A DNA stretch of 64,000 nt from Rhynchobatus australiae (GCA_034780895.1 JAUZTB010000064.1:114743110-114807109); one strand, 5' to 3'; shown: positions 14,350-26,900, counted from the stretch's first letter. Numbers and translations are program-made. The notes: generated by a model from the letters alone, not told the origin.

Positions 14350-15165
14350 CCTCAATGATATAGGGCCTTCGTGAGAACCTACCAAGAGTATTGTGTACAA
14401 TTTTGGCATCCTTCCTTGCTATAAAAGGAGTACAACTAAGATTCATCAGACTGGTTCCTGGGTTAGTAGGTCTGTCAGAAGAGATTGAATAGACTAAGCC
14501 TCTATTTTCTACAGCTTAGAAGAATGAAAGGTGTCCTCACTGAAGTGTATAAAATTCTTACAGGGCTCAACGTGACTGAGGAATCTTGTTTATATTTTCT
14601 GACATCGGAAGCCATTCAGCGCATTAAGTCCCTTTTGTCTCATTCTCTCTATTGCTCACACAAGTCCATTACCTCCTTTTTTAAAAAAAATGCTTTTTGC
14701 AATTAACTTTCACTAGGGGGCAATGTACAACCACCAATTAACCAACCAGTGGATCTTTAGGATGTGAGAGGAAACTTGTATTCATGGAGAAAATGTGCAA
14801 ACTCCACATCAAAAACTCAAGGTCAGGTTTGCACCTGGGTCCCTAGAGCTGTGAGACATTAGTGATAACTGTTGTGCCACTGTGATGCCTACAACTAGTT
14901 TATTACAGTATCAAAATAAGAGATAGGCCATGTAGGATTGAAAAGAGAAGTGCCTTCACTCAGAAGATATTGTACTTTGGAACTCTCCACCCTGATGGAT
15001 TGATTGCAATTAAAACAAGGATTGACAGATTTACAGATATTAGAGGAATCAAAGGATATGGCAGGTAAATGGTGTTGAGGTACAGGAGTGGCACTAATCT
15101 TTTCGAATGTGCAACAGGGACAAGGGACCACATAGCTTATTCCTGTTCCTATTTCTTATGTGTTA
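14350..15165 (+). mobile_element. CR1 LINE 3' fragment interrupted by an antisense SINE
   Basis: EYCVQFWHP and LRRMKGVLTEVYKIL at 14385-14570; CR1 3' UTR at 14960-15165. Confidence 0.75.
14610..14890 (-). mobile_element. HE1-type V-SINE (tRNA-derived)
   Basis: The reverse complement starts ggcatcacagtggcacaacagtt...ctcacagctctagggacccaggtgcaaacc (tRNA A/B-box-like), followed by gtggagtttgcacattttctcc (V-domain). Confidence 0.8.
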
Positions 15166-15684
15166 AATACAATGTATACTCATGTTACAGAGGGTTTGCA
15201 TTCCTAGAAAACCATCCATATCGCAATTTTCTGTAACATGTATCCTTCTCTCCCCATTGAATCCCATGTTATATATGGAAATGCTTTATGATGGGAAATT
15301 TTCTTCTCAACAGTAATGCCCCAACACTGCGTGGTCTATGGGCAAGGGAATTCTGATTGTATTTTTTGGCAGAGGAGAAAGGATTGCTGTTATGTGCATT
15401 ACATTATTGGATAAAGTATTGTTGTACAAGCATCAATAGAAGAGATTGCCTCGTCAGTTTCCAAAGCAAATCTCTTATGTGGCTTTGCACTGTGAACTGG
15501 CAGCCTGCGACTGTTGACCATGGTAAACTAGTTTAGTTTTCTGTATACATTCATGTTTATCTTTTTTTGGCAAAAATTCCATAAAAGCATATTTTAATTT
15601 TGTATCTCAATTTTCTTGGCAGTGATTTGTGAATTCCATTAGAGTAGATTTCTATCACCCAATCTGCCATGAAGCAGGGGTACA

Positions 15685-16285
15685 CTATTGGCAGGTCAGG
15701 CAGCATCTGAGAATCTGAGTTAATATTTTAGATCAATGACCTTTTGTCAAAACAGAGAAAGTTTAGAAATCAAGCATGTTTTAAGTTGCAGAGAAACTGG
15801 AGAGAAGAATGGGAATGTCCACAATAGGGTAGAGAGTGAGAGAAAAAAAACAACACAGATTGGGGCTGACTGACAATGAGTATTGAAGGTTTGTTAATGG
15901 CAGCTGACCCATTTAGAGTAGGTGTAAATAGAGAGAAAGCACAGGACCAAAGAATGAAGAAGCTGGATCTGTAAGGTACAGAGCATAGCAGCTTCTGTAA
16001 TTCTGAAATAAAGGAGACTGTGGGGAATATCCAGTAAATCAGGAAGCATTTGTGATGAGATACATAAGAATCGGCCCAGGATTAGAAAGCAAAGAAGAAA
16101 TTTGCAGCTGTTGCAAATCTGAAACAAAAACAGAACATGCTGGAGATACACAGCAATATAGGCAATTTTCAAAGAAAGACTAACAGAGCTAACACCCCAG
16201 GACTATGACCATCCCCACCTCCAAAAAGGTCCTTGAACCGAACTGCTAACCCTCTCCCCACAGAAGCTGCCTGATGTTCCCCCAC
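15685..16285. mobile_element. Cluster of degenerate Penelope-like terminal repeats in both orientations
   Basis: gcaggtcaggcagcatctg at 15691, ctgaaataaagg...tccagtaaatcaggaagcatttg at ~16000, aaacagaacatgctggagatacacagc at ~16130, and opposite-strand ctccccacagaagctgcctga at ~16255. Confidence 0.6.
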
Positions 16286-16994
16286 CTCTTCCGAGAACTC
16301 CCAGTATACTCTGTCCTTCCAACAGAAATGGCCAGTGCCAACACAAAATGGAAATACTGATTATAATTAATTATTGAATCAGATCTCAGTGAGTGCCTCA
16401 CTGGAAAACCTTAGCCTCCAAGCGCTTACTAAAACTATCAGAATTAAAACAATAAATTAAGCTAGCAGTTGTGTGTATTGTGGACATGTTATTGATTGCA
16501 GGCATCATCAGTAATATTTTGCAGGCAATCCTTTCTTTTCATGGGGAACACCTGAATAAACGGCTGTGTTCTGTGTAAGTATTTGAGATCGCCATAACTG
16601 TTGAACTCCTCACAGCTGCAGATACTACTCTGGCAACAAAGGTAGGATACAGCAAAAACCCAAGTCACAGAGCAGAAAGCTTGCAATTAAAAGCAGGTAA
16701 AAAGAAAAGATGGATGGCCAAGAATCAGACACAGATAGCAGAAGGTTGGGAAGCTACAGTATGATGCAGGAGACTTTGCAGGCATACCTAGAGTGGATAG
16801 AATTGGTTTATCATGAAAATAATGTAAAGGAAGTAATGGGAGTAAGTAACTACAAATCAAATAAAGTGATTCACGAGTGAAAAAATAACATCCTTTTGGA
16901 CAACATTGGTCCATATACCAATGCAACATTAATTGGTTTATTCGCACCATGTAAAGCTAGATGATCTATTCAGTGAAACTGTTGAGTAATTGTA

Positions 16995-17420
16995 AACAAA
17001 CAAGATGCTGGAGGAATTCAGCAGGTCAGGAGGCATCTGTGAAAGGAAATGGATAGTCCATGTTTCAGGTCGAGACCCTTCATCTAGACTGAAAGGTAGA
17101 GGGAAGATAGCCAGTATAAAGAGGTGAAGGGGTGGAGCAAGAGCTGGCAAATGCGAGGTGGAGCCAGGTGAGGGGGTGATCGGCAGATAGAGGAGGAAAG
17201 AGTGGAAATAGCGACAGAAGCTGGGAGGAGGCAACAAATGANNNNNNNNNNNNNNNNNNNNNNNNNNNNNNNNNNNNNNNNNNNNNNNNNNNNNNNNNNN
17301 NNNNNNTGGGGAGGCAGATGGAGGGAGTGGCAGAGGGGAAGGAAACAGGATGATGGGGTGGGTGGGTGGGGTTGATGCAGAAGGTACTGGGTAGATCAGG
17401 AGGAGAGGGAGAAGAGACAG
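16995..17420 (-). mobile_element. Penelope-like terminal repeat (pLTR), an inverted copy of 18750-19180
   Basis: Shares sequence with the + strand copy (ORF track shows SPGSTSHLPALAPPL in both 16938- and 18419+) and contains the hammerhead-like motif. Confidence 0.8.
17055..17090 (-). ncRNA. Minimal type I hammerhead-ribozyme motif, mutated
   Basis: Minus strand AGTC-TAGATGA-AGGGTC-TC-GACCT-GAAAC-ATG-GACT. Stem I (AGUC/GACU), stem II and the GAAA box are intact. The CUGAUGA box has 2 substitutions and the cleavage triplet is altered. Confidence 0.6.
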
Positions 17421-17599
17421 AAGGGAAGAAGTTTACAAACTCCACAGCCAATTTGACCCAGTGCCCTCAGAAATTTTCAGGAGTTTTAAATTTAAAAGTT
17501 AGTCAGAGCCGGGAAAAGTGATCAGAGACTATACTGCTGAAGAAACTGGCATGGTATTGCAACATCAGGACTTTTTTCACTATGCCTTGCAAGATCAAT

Positions 17600-17800
17600 T
17601 TGTGCAAGTTCGTTGTCAATATGCAATAGTGGGAGTCGTGTCATTGGATATATTCAAGGCAGAGACTGACAGATAATGAAACACAAAGGAATCAAGTGAT
17701 TTGGGAGAGAGCAGGAAAGTGGTACTGAGGATAAAACTGGATCAGCCAAAATGGCAGAGCATGCTCAAAAGGCCAACTAGCTTTCCCCATCTTATGCTCT
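17600..17800 (+). mobile_element. CR1 LINE 3' tail
   Basis: gtcattggatatattcaaggcagagactgacag...gagagagcaggaaagtgg...atcagcc...atggcagagcatgctcaaaaggcc. Confidence 0.7.
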
Positions 17801-17809
17801 TAAGAAATC

Positions 17810-19180
17810 TGGTTGAGATTTCCACAAAACCACTCTCCATTACCTAGACTATACCTCCTCCCACCCTAACTCTTATAAGGATGGTCTTCCTCTCTCTCTC
17901 TCTCTGGTTCTTCATATGAAGCCTCCCATTCCAGGACATCTGAGATGACCTCCTTTTTCAGAAAACAAGGGTTCCTCCCCTGTGGTTAACGGGAGCCCTC
18001 ACCTACATCTCCTCCATTTCCCACACTCTGCTCTTACCCCATTCCCACTCAGATGGAAAAGGGATCAAGTTCCCCTGGTCCTTACTTATCACTCCACCAG
18101 TCCATGCATCCAGAACATCATTCTTCAACATTCCCATCAGCTGCAATGCAATCCCACCACATCTTCCCCTCCCCACCCACTTCTGCTTTTCACAGGGACC
18201 ACTCTCTTTATGCCTCCCTGATTCACTCATCCCTTTCCCCTCCCTAAGCAGTTTTCCCCGCAACCATAGGAGTAACATCTGTCCCTACACCTCCTTCCTC
18301 ATCACCATCCCTGGCACTAAACAGCCCATCCAGGTGAGGCAGAGATTCAACCTGGTTTGTTGCATTCAGTGCTCTTGACGTGGTCTCTTCTACATCGATG
18401 AGACCAAGCACAGATTAGGTGACTGCTTTGTGGAGCACCTGTGTTCCATCTGCCATGGCCATCTGGAACTGCCGATTGCTAGCCATTTTAATTCGCCTCT
18501 CCCNNNNNNNNNNNNNNNNNNNNNNNNNNNNNNNNNNNNNNNNNNNNNNNNNNNNNNNNNNNNNNNNNNNNNNNNNNNNNNNNNNNNNNNNNNNNNNNNN
18601 NNNNNNNNNNNNNNNNNNNNNNNNNNNNNNNNNNNNNNNNNNNNNNNNNNNNNNNNNNNNNNNNNNNNNNNNNNNNNNNNNNNNNNNNNNNNNNNNNNNN
18701 NNNNNNNNNNNNNNNNNNNNNNNNNNNNNNNNNNNNNNNNNNNNNNNNNATCTGCCCATCACCCACACCTACTGGGTGCCCACCCCACATCCCTTATTTG
18801 GTTCCATGCTTCACCTTCCTTTCCTGTCAGATTCCATCATGTGCCGCCCTTTAATGCTTCCATCCATCACCTCCCAGTCTCTGGTCAGTATTTCCACTCT
18901 TCCATCTGCCCATCACCCCTCCTCACCTGGATCCACTTCTCACTTGCCAGCTCTTGCTCCACCCCTTTGCCTCACCTCTTAATAGTGGCCATCTCCCCAA
19001 ACTTTTGGTTGATACACTCCAACTTTGTAACACCGTTTTTATCCCCGTTATGTCTTAACTTGCAGATTGCTATAGGAGAGAGTGTTCAAATACTTTCCAG
19101 ATGAAACGTCAACTTTCCATTTCTCTCCACAGATGCTGCCTGATCCGCTGACTTCCTCCAGCAGTTTGTTTTTTTGCTCA
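17810..19180 (+). mobile_element. Penelope-like retroelement, 3' half: RT C-terminus, GIY-YIG endonuclease and pLTR
   Basis: YLDYTSSHP, RDQVPLVLTYH, IFPSPP..AFHRDHSL, CPYTS and GLFYIDETKHRLGDCFVEHL...PIASHFNSP (decayed YIG-ET-R...EH). pLTR end gaaacgtcaact...ccacagatgctgcctga at 19103-19160. Confidence 0.88.
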
Positions 19181-19299
19181 CTTGCAGAGTTGAATTATGC
19201 CTCTTTTTTACCTAATAGTAAGCTGATAACATCTGAAAAGCGTGAAGATGCCTTTCACATCAGTCACATTAAAATTATTTGTAAATGCTTTGCGTGGCC

Positions 19300-20400
19300 T
19301 GAAATTAAGTAGAGGAGTACAGCGTATAATACGGCATATACTCGCATCAACTCCGATTTAACACTGGAGGACGCTGTTGTATCGCGCACGATTAATTCTC
19401 TGCTTGCGATTTGCTCCATTAACAGAAAGAAATGCTGCAGCGAAAGGCTCAGGATATTTTTGGCAATATGGTACTTTTAAGTTTCGGAAAGTTGCTGGCG
19501 CTGCTGCTTTATAAAACTTAAATTCTTTAACCGGGTTAAAATGGTTTTCAGTGGTCAACGTCTGCTCTCTGTAAAACTTCGCCACACGGTATCGAACTCG
19601 CTCTTATTATTAACTGGAGTTCAACTTATTTTCTCTCTTATTTACATAGTATATTTTGCAAAATTAACATCGACTGGCATGTTAGTTATTTATCAAGTGG
19701 TAAAGAGATGACAGCTGAAAACAAATCTGAGTGAATGGCTGCAATGGGTCCAGTCAGGCTGAGAGTTTGACATTCTTCGCTTGAAAAACTATGTGGAACA
19801 CGTAACGGTCCGGCTCACATTCAGCGCTCTTTCTACTAGTATTTTCACCACATCGCAGGAGTTGATCAGAGTAAAAAGGCACGGCATTTAAATTGGATAT
19901 TGGTACATAGTGGCAAATTTAACTTTCACTTTAAAAAATGTCACCACCCCCTGCGAAACACATCGCCCGCAACCCATTGCCACATAAACCAGAGCCGCAA
20001 ATCCTTAAGTTATTCCTGTAACCAGCTAACGGTTCCAATACACGGCCCCATTAACCACGCCCCCCTTCTCATTCTCGGCCCTCACCTTACATCACATGTT
20101 GGCTCAACCTACGTTCCCGGGAGGGGGGGGGGGGGGACCCGCCGCCACTCATTGTGATTGACGGCAGCATTGCCCGCAGGGGGACGAACACAATTTGGGA
20201 AGGGGGGAGCGGTGGGATGCAAGTACGAACCAATGGTCAGAGCGGCAGCGGCAGATTGAGGGGCGGGCGGAGTCTTTCCTGTGCTGTGGAGTTTGGTTGT
20301 GTTGGGAGAGAGTGGAAGAAAGCAAGATCCCGGGGAATGACCAAAGCGAGTCATGTCTTTATTGGTGCCGGAGCGAAAGCGGCAGTGTGCTGAAACTGTA
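19300..20400 (+). promoter_or_regulatory. CpG-rich FAT4 promoter region
   Basis: CpG density rises sharply against CpG-depleted flanks. CCAAT at 20035 and 20230, ATTGG at 20361, KLF/SP site CCACGCCCCC at 20055, GC box GGGGCGGGCGG at 20260 and a G14 run at 20123-20136. The motifs lie 0.35-0.7 kb upstream of the ATG; the TSS itself is not determinable. Confidence 0.75.
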
Positions 20401-20725
20401 TCTGAACACTCTCTCCCATTGCAATCTGCAAGTTAGGACATAACAAGGGGATAAAGACGGTATTACAAAGTTGGAGTGTATCAACCAAAAGTTTACAGAA
20501 ACTTTATGAAAACGCCTAAAGCTGCTTTGAAAAACTTTCTGAAGAGAAGCGGTTGAAGAAACACAAACTAGCTTTTTCTTTCTCTATAAATCGTGGAGAC
20601 GGTGCTCGTTTACAAGGTACTCCAACGTACCTTTGCTAGGATTAGCCCCTAGGTTCGCTCAGATTTGATGCATTTTGGAAGAGCTATATCTTGCTGGAAA
20701 GGTGATCTGAGAACACTCCTGTACC

Positions 20726-22936
20726 ATGGTACCGTTAGGTAGAAGCTGCAATCTTCTCGCCGTCTTGCTGATGCTTCTGAGTTTTTGCTGGGATGCCGCG
20801 TCCAACCAACTCCGCCAAGTGTTTCAGATCGAGGAGGAGCTGCCGCCCGAGACCCTGGTGGGCACCATACTCACCAAGCCCGACTTCACCTACCGCTTCA
20901 GCGAGAACCACGCGTTGTTCGCCATCAACGCCACCACAGGTGTCATCTGCACCACCTCGGTGATCGATCGCGAAACCTTGCCCAGCGACGTGATCAACAT
21001 CGTGGTGTTGTCCAGCCAGCCCACCTACCCCACCGAGGTCCGCATCATCGTGCTGGATGTCAACGACAACGCGCCCGTCTTCCCCGAGCCCAGCATCGTG
21101 GTGAGCTTCAGGGAGGATCCCAGCGGCGGGCGGCAGGTGATCCTGGACACCGCCACCGACGCGGACATCGGCTCCAACGGGGTGGACCACCGCTCCTACC
21201 GCATCGTGCAGGGCAACGAGGAAGGGAAATTCCGCCTGGACATCACGGTCAACCCGAGCGGGGAAGGCGCCTTCCTGCACCTGGTGTCGACCGACGGGCT
21301 GGACAGAGAGACGGAGCCTTTCTACCAGCTACTGGTGGAGGTGGAGGACCGCGGGCAGCCCAAGAGGTTCGGCTACCTGCAGGTCAATGTCACCGTTCAG
21401 GACACCAACGACAACTCGCCGCGCTTCTCGCAGGCTCACTACCAGGCCAGCGTCTACGAGAGTGTGCCGGTCGGCTCCAGCGTGCTGCAGGTGACGGCCA
21501 GCGACCTGGACCAGGCGGCCAACGCCGACCTGGTGTACTCGGTGGACGAGGGCAGCCCCTTCCACATGGAGCCGCTGACCGGGGTGCTCACCGTCAAGGA
21601 GGAGCTGGACTACGAGACGAGGAAGGAGTACTCGCTGGTGATCCGGGCCAGCGACGGCGGCAGCCCCTCGCTGAGCGGCCGCACCGAGGCCACGGTCAAG
21701 CTGCTGGACGTCAACGACAACGACCCGCTGGTGAAGTTCCGCTACCTGCCGGCCAACTCCCGGTTCGCGGCGGTGGACGAGAACGCGCCGATCGGCACGG
21801 TGGTGGCGCTGCTGACGGTGAGCGACGCCGACTCGTCGGCCAACGGCAACATCTCCGTCTCCATCCTGGCGGGCAACGAGCAGCTGCACTTCTCGGTGCA
21901 GCGGTCGCCGGTGCCGGGGCTCAGCCTGATCAAAGTGGCCAGCGCCCTGGACCGGGAGCGCATCCCGGCCTACAACCTGACCGTGTCGGTGTGCGACCAC
22001 GGCCTGCCGCTCGGCCGCTCCTCGCTCGCCAGCCTGCTCATCTTCATCAACGACATCAACGACCACCCGCCCGTCTTCGAGCGGCCGCTCTACCAGGTGC
22101 AGGTGGCCGAGGACGTGCCGCTCGGCAGCTACATCGGCGGCCTGAGGGCGACCGACGGCGACTCGGGCCTCAACGCGCAGCTCCGGTACTCGGTGGTGTC
22201 CGGCAACCGGCTGGGCTGGTTCAACATCAGCGAGGAGAGCGGCCTCATCACCAGCGCCGCCGCCCTCGACCGGGAGACGGCGGCCGAGCTCCGGCTCAAC
22301 ATCAGCGCCCGCGACCAAGGCCTGCAGCCGCGCACCTCCTACACCACCCTCAGCATCACCATCGGCGACGTCAACGACCAGGCGCCCACCTTCACCCGGC
22401 CCTCCTACAGCTCGGCCATCGCCGAGCACTCGCCGCCGGGCACGCCGCTGGCCGCCCTCACCGCCGTCGACAAGGATCTGGGCGCCAATGGCACCGTGCG
22501 CTACCTGCTGGCCCCTGACACCCCGCCCGCTTACCGGCAACTCTTCCGCCTGGACCCGGTGTCCGGCCTCCTCACCTGCCTCACCGAGCTGGACCGGGAG
22601 CAGCGGGCCGACTACGTCCTGTGGGTGCAAGCCCGGGATAAGGGCGAGCCGCCGCTCTCCTCGGTGGCCCGGGTCAACATCACGCTGCTGGACATCAACG
22701 ACAACAGCCCGACCTTCTACCCGCTGCAGTACTTCGCCAACATTAAGGAGAACGAGCCCCCCGGCGCCTACATCACCACCGTGTCGGCTGCCGACCCGGA
22801 TCTGGGCAGCAACGGGACGGTCAGCTACACCATCACGGCGGGAGACACCTCCAGGTTCCAGATCAACCACCACACAGGGGTCATCTCCACCAGGCTTTCA
22901 CTGGACCGAGAGGAGAGGACAGCTTATCAGCTGCAG
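20726..22936 (+). CDS. FAT4: FAT4 (FAT atypical cadherin 4) first coding exon: signal peptide, cadherin repeats EC1-EC6 and most of EC7 (737 codons)
   Basis: Strong Kozak accATGG and a hydrophobic signal peptide. Repeated DRE/DYE and DxND[N/H/Q] motifs. Peptides such as INIVVLSSQPTYPTEVRIIVLDVNDN, GRQVILDTATDADIGSNGVDHRSYRI, LDITVNPSGEGAFLHLVS and YPLQYFANIKENEPPG match vertebrate FAT4 as I recall it. The exon ends CTG CAG|GTTAGA (phase-0 donor at 22937), where cadherin-like sequence and the GC3 bias stop. Confidence 0.96.
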
Positions 22937-23576
22937 GTTAGACCATTTGTAGCGAAATTTTGTTTTCACTTAGCATGCGGCATTAGTACGTAACGACAAC
23001 AAAGTAGCGACCCAATAGTACACACTGTAGAGTGGAAGCGTGAGGAGGAGCTGAAATCCTCCCAGGCTGCTGTTAACAGGCGTCCCAACGTTAAAAGCCT
23101 TGTTTCAGGGACATGCTGCCACAGCTGTTGTTCCTCCCCCATTACTTTTGGAAGCGCTCCAAACACATTTTCAAGGTATGCTTCTTGAGCATGTGCAGAT
23201 GACTTTTTCACAATTTTCCATGGAGATTGGCCCTAATCAGCCATTGAAGTTTGCACTGTGCGTTACATGTTGTGCCAGAAACTGCTTCAGTTAGAGATAA
23301 AATTGATCTAGTTGGAGATGAAGGGTCTTGGAAAATTAATGATGACTTCTGTGTTATAACCTCATTTTGAAGAAACTGTTATGTCCTAGCTATTTTGCTG
23401 GTAATGATTTTTTTATCAGTGATCTTTTCATCTATCATTCATGTTCAATCCTTCACAAGAAGCTGGATGGCTGGATCTCTGATTCCCACACCCTTGTTGC
23501 AGGGAGGTATCTTAGTGAGTTTGAGTCACTGATCTTCGCAATCTACAAAGAGCATAATAATGTAACAATGAGGCAT

Positions 23577-23934
23577 AAAGACAGAGATACCACACGGAAA
23601 CAGGCCTTTTGGCCCATCAAGTCCGTGCTAACCATCAACCACCTGCTTACATTAAACCTACATTAATTCCATATTTTGTTCTCCCCACATTCTCACTAAT
23701 TCCCCCCAAATTCTATCACTTGCCTACACACTAAGGGCAATTTACAGTGGCCAATTAACCTATCAGGTGATAGCATGTCTTTGGGATGTGGGAGGAAGCT
23801 GGAGTACCTGGAGAAAACCCACATGATCACAGGGAAAACGTTTAACCTCCACACAGACAGTAGCTGAGGTCAAGATTGAATCAAGTATTTGGTACCATGA
23901 GGCACCGGCTCTACTACTTGTGTCACTGAGCCGG
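23577..23934 (-). mobile_element. HE1-type V-SINE, near full length, in the first FAT4 intron
   Basis: Minus strand has a tRNA-like head, V-domain (tctgtgtggaggttaaacgttttccctgtgatcatgtgggttttctccagg...ttcctcccacatcccaaagac) and CR1-derived tail (gggccaaaaggcctgtttccgtg). Confidence 0.88.
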
Positions 23935-26900
23935 TCTAAATATTCTATGCCTCAGCTAATGAAAGTAAGTATCCCATACCCCTTCTTCACTACCTTACCT
24001 TACTTGTCCAGCCACCTTCAGGGATCCTTGGACTTCTACACTGATGATCCTTTGTTCTTCAATACTCCCTTAAGGATGTTTATTAATAGAAAACTTCACA
24101 TTGAACTATAGTCAAGATTGACAGAATGACACATGCCTGTCATTCATTCCTCAATGGATTAGATACTATCTGATGTTAAGCAGTAGCCTGNNNNNNNNNN
24201 NNNNNNNNNNNNNNNNNNNNNNNNNNNNNNNNNNNNNNNNNNNNNNNNNNNNNNNNNNNNNNNNNNNNNNNNNNNNNNNNNNNNNNNNNNTCTGATGTTA
24301 AGCAGTAGCCTGTTTCTAGACCAGCTCTAATGCTGATTATGGGCCACTCACCAGGAAACATCCTACTGGGTTATGACTTGCTTAAATTTCCCAGACTTTC
24401 CACAGAGAGTGGAGAGTCTCCAATCAGCATCTTTCATCTAGAATGATCAAGACTGGGTGCTCAAAAAAAATTAAAGAAACTCATTGATAAATCCTAAGCA
24501 TTTGGTGGTGACTTAATATTTTCCTTCGCTTGTCTATTCCCACTATGTTACTCCCAGAATGCAATTCCACAAACAGTGATGGTCCTTTGGCATCTTAACC
24601 AAACAGCAAATTTTCCTGGTTCAGGTTTGAACAATCTTGGCCTGGAATTGAGATCTGCCCAGGAGAGAATTTAACAGCAGGAGTCCTTTCGGGTGGGAGC
24701 CTTTCCAGAATGCAAACACTTGAGTGCAATTAGGCAGAAAATCATCGTAGAATCAGAGAAAGAGTTCCCAGATCAAGGGAGGAAGTCTAGATTCTGTGGA
24801 ATATCTTCTTTGGAGAGGGTTGGATTTCGGGTTGTGGAATATAGACTCAGCTCGCAGGGCAAGAGGTCTGGTTTTAATTGTGGCACTGCAGAGGATTCTA
24901 GAGGTGGGGTTCTGATTGAAATGGAGATGGCAACATAGGACATTCAGATGGTTATTTGGGTGTGTGTGTATTTGTAGCTTCTTGGTTTTGGTGTTTCTGG
25001 CCCACAAGCTTCATTATCAAGATATTTACCAAACATATTCAGTCCTCTTCATCATCTTTCATCTGGCAGGTTTCCCAAGGAATGGGAAATGCTGTAACTT
25101 GTGGTTTTTAAAAAAAAGACCATTAAAATGAAGACAAGCAGCCTTATTATAATATTTGAGACCAGCTTGTTTCCTGGGAGTAGATTGGCTGCATGATACT
25201 CTTCTTGCTGCCATTAAAACAAAATGTAAATTCAAGGTACTGTAAGTTCCCACTGCAGATTTTTTGTAACTCATCCATGGACGTGACCCCAGTCCACCAG
25301 ATTTTTGGGACGCAAGATTTAGACCACTGTTTCCAATTGTGTTGCCTTAACTGTTGGCCAACTGAGATTAGTTAATTCAGCACAGGCAAGGGATCATAAC
25401 TCAGTAACAAAGAACACACTGCACTTCTTGAAAGTCACAGGGTGATGATAACTTTTTTTTTCACATATGAGAAAGTGAAATAGCTCTGTGATTTATTTTC
25501 ACACCATGCTAAATCCACATCAGGATCTAATTATGATATACCAGACTTGATGTTCCTTCAGTTTTACAAAGCAGGGTTTTTTAATATAAAGTCGTGGTTA
25601 TGCAGCCCTGTTAAACAAGTTCTTAATTACGATAGATTTAACAGTTGCTATTCCAGCTATTCCAATTGCAGTAATGTGAAACTAAATATTTATTTCCTAG
25701 AGAGGAAACCTTTTAATAGATTGTCAGTGTGCTATGGTAGAGAAAGGACATAAACATGATTCCTCGTAATCTACTGAGTTCCTGAATCCAGGTGCTTGGT
25801 TGCTGGAAACACAGAGGTGAAATGAGGCACTATCTCACATGGAGACTAAAAGGAATTTTAAGACATTGCTTTGAAGTTTCCAACAAGGAGAAAGGGGTGA
25901 TGTTTGTGGAGAGCTAGCTCATCTTTATTAGCTGAAGGCAATTCCGTTGTCCAGAAAGGACTGCATAAACAGGTAAAGGAAATATATAATTTCAGGCCAC
26001 CAAAAAGTAAATGATGATGATAAGCATCATTTTTTTACCTTATATTTTCCTTAGTCCACACTCCAAACTCCTGTTAAATCACAACACAATGTGTAATCAT
26101 GTAACTAAAGATGTACTATTATGAAATACAAAGTCATTGCATCATGAAATCCAATGAAGAAGTTGAACCTCAAAGCATTTTCTAAATTCTTGAGTATAAT
26201 GATTCAGGCAAAGCACTTGTTCAATTCATAATCCAAATTTCTGTAAGTTAATTGTTGAGTCTTTTCATATTGTTAGTAATATTTAATATATTCTATCTTG
26301 CTTTAATGGCTTTTAAAGTTGCATCAATATATTCACCTTGAGGAAAGATGACAACATAAATGCAAAATATTAGGAAATATGTGATATAGGAGTTTTGGAA
26401 GACTTGGCTACTGAACTTTTAAACTAACTTTATAATATCACTAAATGCTCAAAATTGGTATAAAAAAGTCTTCAGTGGTGAAATAAGGAATACTTTTATT
26501 AAAGTGATTATCAAATAAACTTAAAACTAATGCATTTGGACATTCCATCTTCACATTGTGTACTAAATTCCAAAGCCTGGATCTGCGTTGTCCTTAAGAT
26601 TTTCCAAAGGGACGGAGGCGAGACACGGGTTTTCACTTTGGTGAAAAAGTCAGTGTGTACGCAAAGTGATTTGTTTTTAGAAAACCTGATAACCAAGTGA
26701 ATAAATGATAAAAAAAACATTTTCTTTGTTTTTAAAATTGAAGTTATTCTTTTGTCTAACTTATCTGGAACCTTTATTGTTGTCAGTTACTGTGATCACA
26801 TGGTGCAGGTAGTTGTGGCCTTGAGCTCCCAGTCCATTGTGTAATTAAGCTGGGTTGGACTAATTATTTTCCTATCTTGTTCTAATGTAAGTACTCATGT

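Noticed and set aside
18415-19104. Long ORFs spanning N runs (also at 17080, 59684-60012)
   Set aside because: Their length is an artefact of translating Ns.
20785-22518. 577-aa alternative-frame ORF on + overlapping FAT4
   Set aside because: Low-complexity R/G/P/A/Q/H content expected when extreme GC3 removes stop codons in a shifted frame; no domain signal.
21329-22873. 514-aa (and 181-aa) antisense ORFs
   Set aside because: Codon-mirror shadows of the GC-biased FAT4 exon (repeated VVVDV is the antisense of DINDN).
20726-22993. A stand-alone 755-aa clustered-protocadherin-like gene
   Set aside because: No transmembrane segment follows EC6, the sequence is FAT4-specific, and it splices in frame to 30314.
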